Below the pieces are notes generated by a model, which was given only the letters and a program-made list of their open reading frames with translations, was not told where the DNA came from and did no database searches. From Tubiluchus corallicola (lineage: Eukaryota; Animalia; Priapulida), in assembly GCA_030141605.1 (NCBI GenBank), contig JAQGDQ010000493.1, forward strand, positions 62,001 through 126,000: DNA of 64,000 bases, in the 5' to 3' direction. Position numbers and translations under genes: made by a program. Of this stretch, positions 48,701 to 62,900 are shown in pieces (the first letter of the stretch is position 1; every line of letters begins with the position of its first letter).

Positions 48701-49195
48701 GCGTATTTCTGAGCTACCGCAGAAAGTTGTGGGACTAAAAGAAACCAAAATTCAGTTGAAAAAAATTTGAGCAGAACTCAAATGAACATTCAGTTACTAT
48801 AATTCAACCATCTGCAGAACAGGAAAGCTAAAGAAAATGATATACACATTACTTACAAGGAATGAGAAATGGCTAAAAATGCAACCAACAAATAAAAAGA
48901 AAGAAAATAAATTTCAAGTGCACTACAGGATGACAGCTACTGCAATAGCGACAGTCGGCGACAGGCCATAGCAATTCCACTGCCAATTCCACATGTGACA
49001 CACAGGATTGTATTGAAACCACATGGGTCACTTCTTGGTCAGCTAAGATTCATTTTAAACAAATCCAAGCCTTTGGCATGCCTTTCAGTTAACTTTGCTC
49101 CAAGTTAGCCAATTCTTGCAGCATCTAATGGTGATGTGACAAGGATGATTGAACAGGTCTTGGTAAAACTAGAAGTCCTTTGTTCAGGCCTACAC

Positions 49196-49526
49196 AATGG
49201 CAGTAGTAGCGTGATGGCTTGCCAGGAAGGTGACTACTTGGGAATGTGGTTCCGCAAGAGTGACTCTATACAGGGCCTATTCAAGAGTACCATACCTACA
49301 CTGAATGAGGAAATTCAATGCAAATATGAGCTAAACATTGGAAGCTTTTAGCCCAGATCTGCACAGTGCCAGTGCGGGTAGTAGTGTGATGGCTTGCCTT
49401 TCCAGTACTCAGGTGACTACTTGAGAACCTGGTCCTGCAAGAGCGACTGGGCAGGCCTATTCAAGAATACCACTACCTATACTAAATGAGAAAATTCCAC
49501 ACAAATATGAGCTAAACATTGGAAGT
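49196..49526. repeat. Diverged tandem duplication (2 units, ~175-bp period)
   Basis: Both units run GTAGTAG(C/T)GTGATGGCTTGCC...GGCCTATTCAAGA...CAAATATGAGCTAAACATTGGAAG. Confidence 0.85.
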
Positions 49527-49729
49527 CATTGCCTGAGGAACCGTGCCTAGTGGGTCACTCTCTCATGCAGTCAAAACTACAGGAAATTCCAAACTCTAGA
49601 AGTGATTTTCAGAACACACACAGTTTTGACCAAGGTGCTCAACCAGCTGGCTCTGAATTCAGCTTACCCAGAATGTAATGATCAGATTCTCTGACATGCC
49701 ACTTAACCAGATGGACCACTTACCACATC

Positions 49730-50020
49730 TAGGAAGCCTTCTCTCCACAAATAAAGTTCTGAAAAAGATGTAAAGCATCAAATTGGAGTAGCTCATGTGG
49801 TCTTCGCAAAATGTGGGAAATCTGCAGAACAAGTCTTTAAGAGCGAAGGAACCAAACTCAGAAACAAAACTCCTGGTCTGTTAAGCTGTGTCGTCATTTC
49901 AACCATGCTCTGTGGCTGCAAAACTTGGACTTTCTATCGTCATGTCAAAATGCTCCAGAAAATCTAATCACTACTCCAGCTGGTTCTCAAACATACATAA
50001 GGAGAAAAAGTTGTTGAGAT
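49730..50020 (+). mobile_element. RTE-like LINE reverse transcriptase fragment
   Basis: Frameshifted IGVAHVVF...ETKLLV..AV.ISTMLCGCKTWT, matching the RI..A..AF...TKL.VY.A.V...LLYGCETWT thumb region. Confidence 0.7.
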
Positions 50021-52940
50021 TTTAAAGCAATGAAAAAAGGACCAAGACAATAAGGCTAAGAAAGACACTGGAAGACAGAAAGACAGTGAAAGAGCAAGAA
50101 AGAGAAAAGAGAGAAAGAAAGAACGAGAAAGGCAGATTAAGGTTAATTAATGTTGCAGGCCGGTGTTGCAAAATTAACTAGTGTTGCACGTGTTTGCAAA
50201 AACGAAAATTAAAATACAGTGCTACTGCACAATTCTCAGCATGATATACAAAAACGCGGTCAATTTTAAGTTTAAAATTTAAATTTCAAGTTTACCACTG
50301 TGCTCACGCATGAGCTCTCGAATGTGTGCACTACATCACAATTGACCACCTCTGGACTGTGAGATACAGCATATATTTTTTGTGCAACACTTTTCTGAGA
50401 TGCAGGCGCTAGTACCTTTCTAACAATCGAAAGGCAAAATGCAGCTAACAGGGAAGAACTAGCCACGCAAACGCGAAATTACGTTTCCATGGTAATAATT
50501 CTTTCACGTAAGTCATTCTTGAAAAAATAGTATGTTTTCTTTCAATGCTTTATTGGGTAGATTAAGATTAAGATTAGGTCCAGTTTTCCTTTAAAGAGAA
50601 ACCCATCGTAACAAGTTCATAATTTTAGAAATTGTCACTTGTCAAACTGTTCAGCTTCTTCACTTATTACACTACACAAAAACGCTTGGAATCCTTGTTG
50701 TATTAAACTCAGGCAAAAAAGGATCTATTTTTAGCAGAACATGGTGTGTCGACTGCAGAGCAAATTTAAACAATTTGTCAGCAACATCTGACATATCAGA
50801 GATCACTCACTGCTCAGTTACCATAATCACATGCATTACTCAACATTGCTGATGTTATGTAACAGCTTACAATTATTTTAAAGGACTAATAAACATAAAC
50901 ACTTACGTAATACTTTACAGCATCCCTACGTTTTTCAAAATCCACAATTATTGCAGACACGGGAATCGGCTTATGCTTTTCTCTAAAAAAACAAAAGAAC
51001 AACTCTACAAAGCAATCACTTTATAGATATTTTGAAAATTAGGATTTATATGTATGTTTGTGATGCACCAAAATAGTTGCTTGGCTGTAACAAAAACAAT
51101 AAAAATGAATAAAGCAGATTACTGTTGTAAAAATGTCTTCTAGACTACGGCATACAGTTTTGGTGCCACTAAACGAAGATTTTCGTTCGTAAAATTTCAA
51201 TTTTAAGAAAAAGTAATAGAATTCGCTATAATTATTTTGGTCTTTGGCCATTTCATAAAAATCGACTTACATTACAGAAACATAGAACTAAAATCATATG
51301 AAACAAAAAATTACATTTTAATTATGATAAGCGCAAATTAGTACAGCAGAAATAAATGTAGCATAAATCACTTAACTAAATTTAGAGCTTCTATTATCAA
51401 ATTTAAACCAATGCCTGACTATAGCCCCAAAGCCTATCCTTCGTATCTTACAACGAAAGACATAGCTTTACCTTCTTCTTGTCATCTGTACTGTTGGGAA
51501 CATTGCATGGTGTGAGCTTGAAGCACTCATGTCAAAAAAACTAGCTCTCTTTCTGGGAGAATTTCAGCGAAAAGTAGGAAATAAAAACTCCATGAATGGA
51601 CGCAGCCATCATTATACGCTAACAGCGCCCCCACTATGATCAATTCTCTGTCAATATTCAGTCATGAATTCCAGGCGCCGTTCCTCGAGCAACTGACAAG
51701 AATGCATCATCATAATTTATACCCTTGACAGCCTTGTAACGTTTGTCAACACTGGTAGGTTGGACGTAAGGAACTCGATTGATTTTTAATTAACTTTTTG
51801 TGTATGCTGTTGACATGTTATGGCAAAAACTACCGTTGAAACTGCTAGTAAAGCTAGATAAATCTAAAACTATACTATGCCACACAGTTCACGCCTCCAC
51901 CTCGTAATCTGCATTGGGAATGAAGCAACTTTTTCGGTAAAATTTATTTCAAATGTGTACTTTTTGTATGGCTACTTAATCTTTAACACTTCCAAGTTCC
52001 TCACTTGGCAATAAAACTTTGATATAATTATCTTGATGTTAGAATTATAGGTTTAGTTGGAAATGAAAGGACATCGATCTCACCTGCTTTTTCGGAAAAT
52101 TAACAATTATGTCATGTTTACCTCAAGCAAAACAATGCAGTTAAATTAGAAAATACAGAGGCTGTTCATCCCGATGATCTATTGTAGTCTAAACAACTGA
52201 CATACCCTAATAAACCCACTGGATGCCCTAATCAATTCCCTATTAAAAATAATTCTGTGATGTCATTGTCCGATCCTTATTATTATTAATATTGTTATTG
52301 ATGTTGTTGTTGTTATTATTATTAGATTATTTCGCATAAAATATACTGCTTACAAAGACAACAGGATGTTAGTAAAGCAGGTAATGGGATGTTAGTAAAA
52401 TAACATATCTACATAAATTCCACATTGTAATATCCACTCATTTCAGTTCTCTTGTAATTACAATATACGGTGTTGAAAGAATCTATAACAGGTATCTTAA
52501 AACATAATCTTTAAATGAGTTCTTTACCTTTAACTTTCCATCTTCGTTTAGATCTACATCAAATTTCACATCTTAGGAAAAAACTTACTTTAAATAAATT
52601 CGTCTTATGCTGTTGTCCAGGTTTACAGGTGAAGAAGTATCTTAGTGCTTGAGAATCGAGGATTTTCAATCAATCAGTTTGGCTCATTTCATTTTTTTCA
52701 TTCCACTCACTCACTCCACTGGTCCCGCACTCTGTTTTGTCATCATCTCTTTACAGCAGCTATTCAATAGCTCTAATAAACAGGAATTATTTCCTGCATA
52801 ATCAGTTTCGTCTGGCTTTTGGCAAATTGGTGTAGCGATTAATGAAAGAAGATCTCGAACTGGAAGTCAGGTTTGAAGTCCACATTTTTATGCTTATACA
52901 TCAACTACAGTGTTTTTCTCTAAGCGACTAACTATATATC

Positions 52941-53258
52941 CAGGGCCGGATTACCCTACAGGCTAGTACGCTGCAGCCTAGGGTCCTCAAGCTTCGGTGA
53001 CCCACACTTTGCATTGCTTACTTGAATCTGAAAATCCAATTTTATAAGTGGCTCTTCATTTGAGATAAAGGATCTCTATGTGAGGCCCATTATTTGAGAC
53101 AAAGGGCCCTTGTTTGATGCCCTTTTTTGAAATAATGACCCCTCTTTGAAGTCCTTTATTTTAAATATGGGATCCCAGCTAATCAAATGTTGCTAAATAT
53201 ATATCACATGTAAAAAATATTCGAGACAAGTTGCAAGCAAATTAGAGGATGACTCAGT
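52941..53258 (+). mobile_element. hAT-type MITE copy D (3'-truncated)
   Basis: Starts CAGGGCCGGATTACCCTACAGGCTAG; internal TTTGAGATAAAGG repeats as in copy B; right TIR missing. Confidence 0.8.
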
Positions 53259-55029
53259 GAACAAGCATGTCACTGAACGCAGAGAAAGGATTTTTTTTAT
53301 AAAATTATAGGAAGGCTTTCTATTACCGCGCACAAAAAGTACTTGAAACAAAATCTTTTTTGTCTTGCGCCACACAACATAATGGTCAGTTAGGAACATA
53401 GCAAAGACAGCCTTGATTCATTCTTAGATTAACCTGAGGCTAAGATATGTATCGTTGAAACTTACAGGCCGGCTGTATTATTATACCCAGACTAGCTACT
53501 GCTAACAGTTTTATGGGCCTGTAATAAAACGACTTAACAAACACTATGCATGGTTGGTATTAGGTAAAAATCTTGTGTCCATTTAGAGCCACCGTTTCGT
53601 TTTGAATCACATTAGAAAAGAAATATACATCACGGTGGGTAAAGTCTGCAAGTTGCTACAAATGTTGTTAGGTCAAGATAAATAGGTGGTAGTTATAATA
53701 AATTTTTACTAGCTGCATGGTAAACGACATCAGAGTGAGAGTGGTAATCCATCATTCAGCTTCTATTTTCTATCAACAATTTCCTTAGAATTATTCTTTG
53801 TCACTTTTTATTCTTGGTCCATTTCTGTTCTCAATTGTTGCCAGTTTTTTCAATTACACCATTATTGTTGCTTTTGCTCATTTGTTAGTTTTTTATTCTT
53901 TTATTTACTTCTGTTTGTTGGTTTGTCCGCTTACTTATTAGTTCAAACACTGTATAACATTGCCCCAAAATTGTTGTGGACCTGCAATAATTCTTATTTT
54001 TGTTAAATAATAGAACCTCCGGGATTATAATGTAGTATATTATATAATATATAATATAATATAGATTATTATAAGTATAATGATAAGTGTGCTGTGATTA
54101 CGATTAATGATGTTTATAACAACAGCAGTTTATTATTGTTTGCTTTATGCCAACAATATCAATTAACATTACCTGCATTGACGAACCAACGTATTTTTAA
54201 AACTAGAAATGAAACCGAAAAAAAATTAAAACCGATCGAGAGAAGAGCTCATAAAATCTTGCGAATGCAACGAAGGAGATGGATAATATCATTGATGTAA
54301 AGTTTGCAAGCGTTATTATTGTCGATACCGCTTATAAGAAGGGGGAAATTTTGAATAATGTCAGTATCACGTACAACTAATCATGAATTTGCGTAATGCA
54401 AGGCCTAATATTATTCTTGAAATAAATTTTAATGTTCACTTGAAGTTTTTTTTATTTAATCGATCTATCTAAACAAAAAATTCTTACATTGTTTTAATAG
54501 CTTCTCAAACAGCCATGATTTGGTTTTAGAGCAATAGAGTGTTGTTTAGGAGGTCAAATTATTTATTTGCCCCCATAATTGTGTTTGCTATTAATGTGTA
54601 AATGAAAACATTTAGAAGGCTTATTCAACAAAATGAACTTCTAGCAAGAATAAGAAAAATTGGAAAATATTTTACGACGCGGTTGTTTAATTGCTTGTTC
54701 GTGTGTGAAAACTCGACGAAATAGCTGAAATTTTTCTTTTCTATTTGATAATTGAAGTATTAGCTGCTACTTGAAAATAGCAATCTAGTTTTGTGCGCCA
54801 CTTTTCCGCATTTGCATATTGTGGAAGATCAGACCTAGTATGCTGACAGTCTTTACTACCCACCCCAAGCTCAACCACGCGCGCACACCGTGTTATTAGG
54901 ATTGCCTGTCAACTGCTGATTCTTTGATCGAAATTGTAAAAAAATTTTATCGTGGCAAACACAGCCAAAGATCCATGTTAATTTCAAACTGACTATGACA
55001 CCCTTCTAGAGCCGCCGCTGTACTGCAAG

Positions 55030-55310
55030 TCTATACGAGGTGATGAGACTTGGACCAAGATCTGTAAACAATTCTTGCGCTTCCAGTTTAACTATTTTAG
55101 ACCCAGAGGGTGAGAACAAACGTCTTGTTTGGCTGAAAAGAACTCGCCGAGCAGAACTGACTTTAGCAAAAACCATGTATGTTCTGCATAGCGTGCTGGG
55201 GCGTGTCCAAGACATCCACAATTGACTATCACAACCTGGGACCTCATCGCGACAGAAACGCCGAATGTTATAAGCAATTCTGCTGCACAAGATCATTTTG
55301 GAAGTGCCAA
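55030..55310 (-). mobile_element. Degenerate LINE RT fragment
   Basis: Minus strand ...AELL..., LCRTY(G)..., LEAQELFTDLG resembles the ELLYADD / YGL / LE.V..F.YLG segments of RTE-type RTs. Confidence 0.45.
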
Positions 55311-55676
55311 TGTCCTTCACTGGGATGCTAAAAGGCAGGCTTACAATAGGTTAGGGAATCCTGGCCACACCCATCTAGCGCCCTTATATTTCCAATGACA
55401 TAGGCGTGATTATACATCTGTTGTACACATTAAAATCATTGAATGTTTTAACTAGTTAGTGAGTTTTTTCTGAATAAGTTTTCATAGGAGTTGATAAAAT
55501 TATGATGACTGTGTTCTTTAAATCCACATCAACCAAAAGTTATGTAGAAGTGCTCTGAAACTATAATATATTGTGATATTATAATATAATGTCGTATATT
55601 AAGACAGACTTTCACAAAAACGATGTCAAATTTTCTAAATTGTTAAGGGGTGTTATTAGGAAAACAAGCCTATACC

Positions 55677-56056
55677 CAGGACAGGATTATCTATATGTTA
55701 GTATGTGCTGCAGCTTAGCTTATGTCCCCTCAAGCTTGGAGGGTAGATCTTTGGTGATAGTTGTAATTAATCTCTTTTCTCACTGCGGTTCTATTGAAAA
55801 TACGTGCTAACTTGGTTTGCAATAAATTGTAAAATAGTGGTATTTCTTAAAGAATATTTTTGTTGAAAAGATAGCTATTCTAGTTTATTTAAAGAATTTC
55901 AGATAAGTTTACTTCAAGCTATGTAAATGTCACAAAAATATATCATGAGTAAAACATATTCAAAGCGGGTGTGGCGACGTAGAAGGTGCCTCCATCTGAA
56001 GGGGCACCCATAATTCCATTAGCCTAGTGGCCCCAAAGGGTCATAATCCAGCCCTG
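55677..56056 (+). mobile_element. hAT-type MITE copy E
   Basis: Same termini; 8-bp TSD CCTATACC/CCTATCCC with one mismatch; interior homologous to copy C. Confidence 0.85.
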
Positions 56057-56214
56057 CCTATCCCAAGAACTGAATACATTCTGAAATATTTTTGAACTGT
56101 GAGATTGATAATGGCTGGCTGAATAAACGATATTCTACTTCACACAACTTTACGCCTGTTTTGTAAGCTACTATTGTAATTACAACTTGTAAGAAAACAT
56201 CAAAACAAATTGAA

Positions 56215-59200
56215 CTACTTTAATAAACGGCAATTTTTTAATAAATAGAACAATATGTACAACAAAAAACTAGTATATACAAACACAAAATTTATCTAAA
56301 TACTTCACGCAGAACTAACAATTATTATACCTCTAGAAGGCTCCTGGAATGCAAATATCTTCAACATTATTTAATACCTCCTTTAATCAAAAACTAGTAA
56401 CAGTTTTACTTTAGGTAAGGGCCATAATAAATGCACTAAAATTTAATCTAGACAACTAGATTTAAATGGTATCATAACCGCAGCAACTTCAGCTTTTTAC
56501 TAGCACCCCAAGGTTTTCCCCACTTGCATGTTAACTAGAAGCAGTTTCTCTATTAGAAGTTGACAGAAAACCACTTCAAGTTCAAGTCTATGCAATTAAT
56601 CTTCAATTCAACAGGTATAGTCAGCAAATGTAAATGATGTAAAACCCATTAGACTCCAATGATAAAGATACAAATACAATTGAAAACGAACGAAGATTTA
56701 TACGATTCTGATGAGCGGCAATAAAGGTTCACCCTGGTATAAACCCGTCTTGTTAATACACTGTAATAACAATGACATTGGAAATAATTGTATGCATAGA
56801 GTACAATTATACTTCTGCATAAATCTTAGAAAACGAAAGTGAATTTAGTAAATGTGTAAGGTATGTCATTATTCTAGGCTTGAAGTGTGCTGCGTTGCTT
56901 ATGTGAAATAAAATAACTTGAGAACGAACTAATACTTTACAATTGTGACAATACTAGTACCCAATATCAAATGCAAAAGCACACGTTTTGTATCCACGCA
57001 GACTTTTTTAAATGTTTAAAATAAGAGAAGTAAATATTTGCTAACCATGACGGAGTTAAAAAGCATGAAGTGTGGTGGAATTTTCAACTAAAAAAACAAA
57101 AATTACACCATCAATTTAATTAGTAAAAGTTATAGCTATAAAAAGTATATGAATACATCTGTCTATAAAATGTAATGTTAGTTACACAAAATGTCGTAAG
57201 TTCAAACCCCGAGTCGGTTTAAAAACTGTTAAAAACTACAGGCAAAATTGACATGGGAAAGAACTAAGAGCTGCCCTGAGAGTTTTTGTGTTTATTAGTC
57301 TACAAGTACAAAACAAATGAGAATTCTCACGGCTACGCCAATTCAACGAAGTTGCAGGAAAGAAGGCACGCTAACACCTATACACAATCTACAAGATACA
57401 CTGCACAAATTCAATAAATAAATCTAGACTTTTTGTCCAATATATACACAGACGCTAATGTCTCAATATAGTATATAGTGTCACTTTCCCATTTCATGGA
57501 ATGTCTTTCAAGAACGGGCCCCAAGAGCCAGTTTGAGGTAACCCAAATTACAGATAGATTTAATAACGAGTACTCTGCTTGCATTTTCCAAGGTATGTTA
57601 CAAAGCCTTTAGCACCCAGCATTCATGTGCTAACGGCACATTCTAGCATTACACAGAATGTCTGACACATGTTTGCTATGGCAAGCAACAAAAAACGCGA
57701 AAGGAAACTGTATAAATTATAAGTCTAAAAGGCAGCCTTTGTGTGCACTGTGTAATTCACCCTCTGTTTCAGTAATACACCGCTTTTGGCTGAATAAAAG
57801 CAATTTTCTTGCACCTTAATATAGGCGTCTTGAATGTAACGCTTATCTAGGGGTGTAGAAAACAGGTTTTCTAACTTTACTGAAATAAGACTTGACATAT
57901 ATTTCTTTACAGTGGAGTAATCCATACTTAAGTGACGTTCTGCTTGAAGGGATGTATTCGATTCTCGGCCCCAAGGCAGCTAAATGAAATCTTCACCGCT
58001 GTTTGTCGAAAAATGACCCGGACTATTGAAATAATAAAGACTCCCGCAAAATTGGCAAAGTTTTCACATCCATGTGTGACCCCATCCCGTTGCCCCTGGG
58101 AGCCTGTCTTCTCTTCACTAATTCAGAACTTTACCAAATTTAACTTTTGTTGCTTATTCAGTATTATTGTAGAGAAGTTACTAATTAAGCACTCGTAATG
58201 AACACAATATCACAAAATACCCATATGACGCCACACACCAATTTACGAACACCTACAACACCCACAGAATTACAAGTATATACCTATCACAACAATGTTA
58301 GAAAATCTACAAGCAGCAAAGAAAGCAATGAGAAATACTCCAAAGTTAATGCAGGTTCTTTCAAAAACAATCTTGTTCCCAAACATCACATGGCTATAAT
58401 GACACCACGTAACCATCACAAGATCACAATGTCATTATTGTCATCACATCATGACACCCATGGAAGATGGTTGAGGATGAGAGAAGTATATGACTGAATT
58501 TTCATCACAGCATTAAATTTAAACTCATCATTTTCACAAGACATCTGGATTTTCTACTTATTAAAGACTAAAAAAAATTGGAACAATGATACTCTAACAG
58601 CGAATTTATATCATCGGTGGAGTTTTATGAGACTGGTGTTTATGCAGACGTTTCAGTTAGCACCAAGTTACACATATATAATTAATGTTGCACCAATCAC
58701 ACACAAATCTAGTCAAATTCGATAACCAATTGGTTATTTCCAATTGACTACCCATTACAGACATTCTGCATGATCAGTAACCAATCTGGATTGGAGACTC
58801 ATTTAATCGGCTATTTAGCATTACACCATTCACTAAATAATAATAACACCATGATGAACAAGCAATGACTGTTCTTCAGCAAGATCTGAACCAACATTTT
58901 ATCTAACCAATTAACCAGACTGGTAACTGAATATTCAATATTCAACGCAACAATTGTGTGCAATAGTGACCAGGAACAGGCCAGACCTAAGAAACTTAAT
59001 CACAATTTAAACTGCTGTAAATTGACAAAAGTGGCACGACTGGGGTTTGAACCTGGTTAAAAATCTACATTCCATGGCTTCTGTTAGCTAATACACTTAC
59101 ATTTGTGGGCGCTTCTACTCAAAATGGCATGAATGAACTATATCAACCTTGAATGATGTAAAATGTACAACTACTACTAGCATCAGAGCACTAGATCACG

Positions 59201-59576
59201 TTCATTTGTGATCCTCATACGCCCAGGAAATGGCGTACCGATTCCTGACTGTAACTTTGCAATTTGTGTAATTTGGTCACCTGACATATGTTTAACACGA
59301 ATTCTGGAGGGAGGTCACAATTGCTGAGATGACCCGATAGATGATGTGCACTATATACTGACAGTATTATACAAGTACTAAAAGAAAAAACTTCTATTGC
59401 ACTCTGTCTGAACAGCAGCGATTATCCAAGCCAATCCTACCACATCCAACTGGCAAACCATCCCATAAACATCATCACAACACTGCTTCATGCCGGCATG
59501 GGTACCGGTCTACGCGACGACACGCACGTCCGAATTACGTCACCACGACGTCACCATGTTTACGCTATTTACACTG
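56215..59576 (-). other. Probable long 3'UTR of the FGF gene
   Basis: Stretch with no recognised transposon insertion after the FGF stop, ending at minus-strand ATTAAA hexamers (56242-56237, 56224-56219). The extent is inferred. Confidence 0.4.
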
Positions 59577-59999
59577 TCATCTAGACGACGTTTGATGTGG
59601 TGACGACCAATCGCGTGATCGTTTCACTGACACCGCGTCCAATTCGAGTGTGCCATTTTTCATAAAAAAACGCTCATATAGGAATGAGGAATCGAAGTTC
59701 TGTCTGAGCCAACCACTATGATGTCGTCGTTTTTTCGCCCGTATTCGTCTGTTCCTGCCCATCGGGCTATAGTCCTTCTGAGAAGAAAACTCTAAGCTAT
59801 GTCCGCCCAGGAACTTTTTCAAAAAGCGGAACGATTTCTTGATATGCCTTCGTTTAGTTCGTTGCCACGCGGTGCCTTTCAAGGGACGGCCTTTTCGGCT
59901 AAATCCTACGTACCAGTTGTGATTGTGGTTAGACTGAAATTTCACAAAATCGTCATCTGGCTGTTCGTTGAACGCACACCTCTCACTGAGGCCACTAAT
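59577..59999 (-). CDS. FGF8/17/18: FGF8/17/18-family fibroblast growth factor, last coding exon
   Basis: Acceptor ttattttacag| in phase 0. ISGLSERCAFNE...NWYVGFSRKGRPLKG...FRFLKK aligns with the vertebrate FGF8 last exon SNGKGKDCVFTE...GWYMAFTRKGRPRKG...VHFMKR, including the splice position. Upstream exons were not found within the window. Confidence 0.9.
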   Translation of the reverse strand: MSGLSERCAFNEQPDDDFVKFQSNHNHNWYVGFSRKGRPLKGTAWQRTKRRHIKKSFRFLKKFLGGHSLEFSSQKDYSPMGRNRRIRAKKRRHHSGWLRQNFDSSFLYERFFMKNGTLELDAVSVKRSRDWSSPHQTSSR

Positions 60000-62900
60000 C
60001 TGTAAAATAAAATAATAATTGCATAACAAACCTGAAGAATACTATACAACAGTCAGTAGGCCTACCATTGAGTCTCTTTGCAAATCTCATTTCTGGAAAC
60101 CATGCAAAACAATCACTGGACAAGTGCTCTCCTAAAGGGCTCAACAAGCCATATTATCAGCGTAAAAATGAAAAAAAAATTATCAAGTGTTTTTAAAAGT
60201 TCAACAAATTTTACTCTTGGCTGTAATTCTCAGGTCGGTTTGTACTACCATGTATAAATGATAAAAGTCATTGGAGTAATAATAAGTTTTGAACTTTTCT
60301 TAACGTATATAAATTGATCGATTTTGCAGATTAGAAAAAGACCTAGAAGTAACAGACAACAAGAATTCATTCTCGCTATTCATTTTTTGTAAGTATTTGA
60401 CGCTTTTGACTGCTACAACATCACTCACAGATTGCTTATGGGGATAATAGAGCGAGGACTAGTGGAGCGTGTATGAAGCTCAGCACTCACTTAAAGAAAC
60501 AACATACCACTAGTAACTAGCTAGGTGCATATGCTCAGATTTGTGAGTTTTCGCTCAGTTTTTTCTTCATAACTCATGTCACGGAGACATTGACTAGTGA
60601 TATGGAGTTCTGGAAGTCCATTCTCCCACCAGACCACCATATTAGGGGTACATAAACCAAATCTAGCTAACATGGGCCTATATATACGTCCCAGCAGGCG
60701 AGATAAACAATTTCAGTACCCTCTTTTCCTTTATAAAGAGGAAATGTCCAAAAATTCGCTGTTACTACGTCAGGAATTCACTTTAAGAAAACGCTATCTT
60801 CTGTAGCGTAGCTTTACAGAAACAAACAGAACTAAAGGCTACTTTTAGTAACACGGTGATGCATTAAGCATTTTGCTTTCAGGCGCCAAAATCGACCGAC
60901 TATGCGATATTTTTAAAAAGGCGTCTAAAAATTTCCGGTTCCCTAAGCAGAACTCGAGTCTTGACTCTTGAAACCAGACTGTCGCCAGATACAGCGCCAG
61001 TTGATCGGTTTGGCATTTCAATGATTTGTTGACAAAAGTGCATTTATATGTAAATATCGCTATCAAAGACTAAAGGACAAGCCGCTTGGCATGTTGGGTT
61101 TATTTTTACTGATATTGCTTAAACTTCGAAATATATAACAAAGAAATTTGTAAAAAAAAATTGTCTACAAAGCATAAAGTTAAAGTTGTACTACTGCCGT
61201 ATAGGAATTTTCAGGCTCGGTGGTGGCCGTCTTATTCTTGAAAATTATGACGTAACTGGTGGACTTAGTAACTTTTCGTAAGCGCATCAAGGCTTTCAAT
61301 AAGCGCGCGCTACCTAAACTAATTCAAACTTCTGCCGCTTAACTAATGATCATGCAAAAACATCACAAAATTAACAATCTATTTTTTTGTAAAGATTGAC
61401 AGTGCGCAGTTTCTTTTCAGCTGATAGACGACGTCATTAGTGGAAAAATGGTCGTTCAAAATAGAAGTTCCCAAACGCTAAATGACTGCAACTTTAAAGT
61501 GATTTTACTAATTACACGACGCGCTTATCACACTAAGAAGCTTCCTAGAAGACTTGGCCTTTCCTTTAAGTGTTGTGAAACTAAATCACAAATGGACAGT
61601 TTCAAATTCTCGTGGTTTCACGAGGGTTATATTCTTCCACACTTTTTTGTACCTCCTAACAACTTTTAGTTTTCCAGCTGGATGAATACGTTGGAGCTTT
61701 CCAACATGGTAGATTCCAGATTCTCACGAAATTTGTAAAATGTCTGTCTGCTTGTCAAGCAATTTCTGTTTTAGTCTCTTGTTCCTAAAAGTCTTAGTGA
61801 TATGCTTATTCGAGAACAAATTTAAAAAATGGCTAAGGTTTGTTGAATAACGCCCACTCAAATATATCATTAGTCAGCAGCTCTATGATAGTACCTATAT
61901 GTAGAGTCTCTCTGGCTATACCTGTTGATGACCTGTATCTGACAAATTCAGCTCCAGGCAAAGCCTGAGTATCGTATTCTTCTGCGCTGTCAAAAATTTT
62001 TAGGTCTTCATAGCCGACAGGCATCGAATATTTTTGCAGTCTCTGGGCAGCTTAAGTATTATATACAGTAGAAGAGCAGCTACCAGTTACTGTTCGTCCA
62101 TTTAATCTTGAGCTTTCTGACACCCGTGTCAAAGACTAAACCCCTGCAAAGCTCGTGTGGAATTTCGCCTGTACCTTTATGGGCCTTTTTTAGTTTTGTT
62201 AAATTCCGAGCCGCGCATAATGGCCAGACAATTTTCTGGAGGGAAAGCAAAGCACCTGTTAAAGCGGCACACAGGTGGAGCATTTTTGTGGCTATAAACA
62301 AAGGTGGACCTATGTTTAAGAGATTTAAAGATTTATAGTTTGGCGTATCAGAAGTGTGATGGAATTTGTTTTTTGGTCCAAAAACCGCACAAATTTGGAG
62401 TATGCGCTAGTGGAAAAATATTGCTTGCGTAAATTTTTAATAAAGTAAAAAATTTACTTTGATGAAATTATTCAAAATCCAGGACACTATTATTGTGAAG
62501 TTTATCATTGCTCAAATCTATGCTAAATAGACACAATCAGACACAGGCGTAGGTAAACTTCGCTTCGCTCAAACCTATTAACCAAGCAAGTTGACAGAGC
62601 TCAGTGGATGGAGAAATATCCAGCTACTGGTTTTGCTGACTGCTACTTTTATAACGTCAAAACACTGATAACGTTTGTCATAAAATTATTTATTTAAACA
62701 GAAGCTTGATGAAGGGTGTTCGGTAATTAAATTCAGCTGGAAACCTGACCTGGAAACGAACAAACGTCCGTAAAAGGAGAGAAAACGTTCATTCATTGTG
62801 TGTAGGAGTCAATGTCGTAGTGCTGCTAGCCTGCAAATTACACGGCGTTTTTGTTTGAATCTCTCCAGCTCAGATTTGTAAATTATCATGATCAAATTAA

